Shown here: positions 55,316-55,756 of the stretch, piece after piece
Position numbering within the stretch: the first letter of the stretch is position 1
Layout: each line of letters opens with the position of its first letter
Virus record (IMG/VR): IMGVR_UViG_3300037882_000695
Span: 1-55,756 of that record
DNA length: 55,756 nt
Source of the DNA: a virus
Taxonomy: Duplodnaviria > Caudoviricetes
Strand: one strand, 5' to 3'
The notes under the pieces: model-generated
Told to the model about the DNA's origin: nothing
The model's input: only the letters and a program-made list of their open reading frames with translations
Database searches by the model: none
Program-made: the position numbers and the translations under genes

Positions 55316-55700
55316 TCACCATCTCCCTCAGTTGCCGCCGCCGTTCTTCCATGTTCGCGACTGTGATCGGGCCAAGTTCGTGAGTGTGCTCGACATGGCG
55401 CGTGACTGGTTCTTCCTTTTGGTTTTGGCCGACCATCGCTACCAAGGTTCTAGCCGCAGCAATCGCATTCGCGTCCGCTGGTCCTTCGAGTTTCATCGGT
55501 CCAATCTTGGTGGCAACCGTGACTTCTGTCTTCTCGACAATATCCATCAGGCGGTCAATAATTACATTTCTACGTGCGGCGGGTATTGGCCACTGTTCGC
55601 GAATCGCTCGATTCAGGAGACCGCAATCCTTGACGATCTCGGTTGGAGCAGTCAACAAAATGCTCCTCTCGGATTCTGCGTCCAAGGTAGTGTCGCTCAT
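55290..55700 (-). CDS. Hypothetical protein upstream of the terminase
   Basis: GGAGG RBS; first gene after the right end. Confidence 0.65.
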   Translation of the reverse strand: MSDTTLDAESERSILLTAPTEIVKDCGLLNRAIREQWPIPAARRNVIIDRLMDIVEKTEVTVATKIGPMKLEGPADANAIAAARTLVAMVGQNQKEEPVTRHVEHTHELGPITVANMEERRRQLREMVIANTAGTD

Positions 55701-55746
55701 GTAGTATTACGACCTCCAAAAGTTTCCGACAGACTGAAACGTCGTG

Positions 55747-55756
55747 GCTTTTTACC
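55747..55756. repeat. Terminal direct repeat GCTTTTTACC, right copy
   Basis: Identical to bases 1-10; lies about 47 nt upstream of the first gene of the packaging operon. Confidence 0.8.

Larger units (their letters stand above)
1..55756 (-). mobile_element. Temperate tailed phage genome (excised/attP form), probably complete
   Basis: Full set of packaging, head, tail, integration, recombination and replication modules; intact attP next to integrase; identical 10-mer at both ends. Confidence 0.93.

Overview
The window looks like a complete or near-complete genome of a temperate, probably siphovirus-like phage (55.8 kb; a 10-nt sequence is repeated at both ends, just upstream of the terminase genes). 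Nearly all genes are on the minus strand. Right to left: lambda-type terminase and portal, ClpP protease, Mu gpT-like capsid, tail genes with a -1 frameshift, a Thr-rich tail protein coupled to a GT2 glycosyltransferase, a small accessory operon with a cytosine MTase, and a control region (plus-strand PAS-LuxR gene and a long structured RNA with its own promoter). Then tyrosine integrase and a tRNA-Pro(GGG)-derived attP, early genes (Xis-like, CsrA, YqaJ/RecT, ParB + PAPS-reductase-like cluster, HNH, DUF1376 initiator, DnaC, Dam), and a papain-like protease with an intein at its catalytic Cys, holin-like genes and fibre/spike genes. I found no CI-type repressor and no classical endolysin. The best candidate for an undescribed system is a possible RNA-level switch: VqmA-like PAS-LuxR sensor + ~450-nt ncRNA + phage CsrA, with GGA hairpins over key ribosome-binding sites. 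All calls come from reading motifs by eye; no database searches or folding programs were run. A Planctomycetota host is only an inference.
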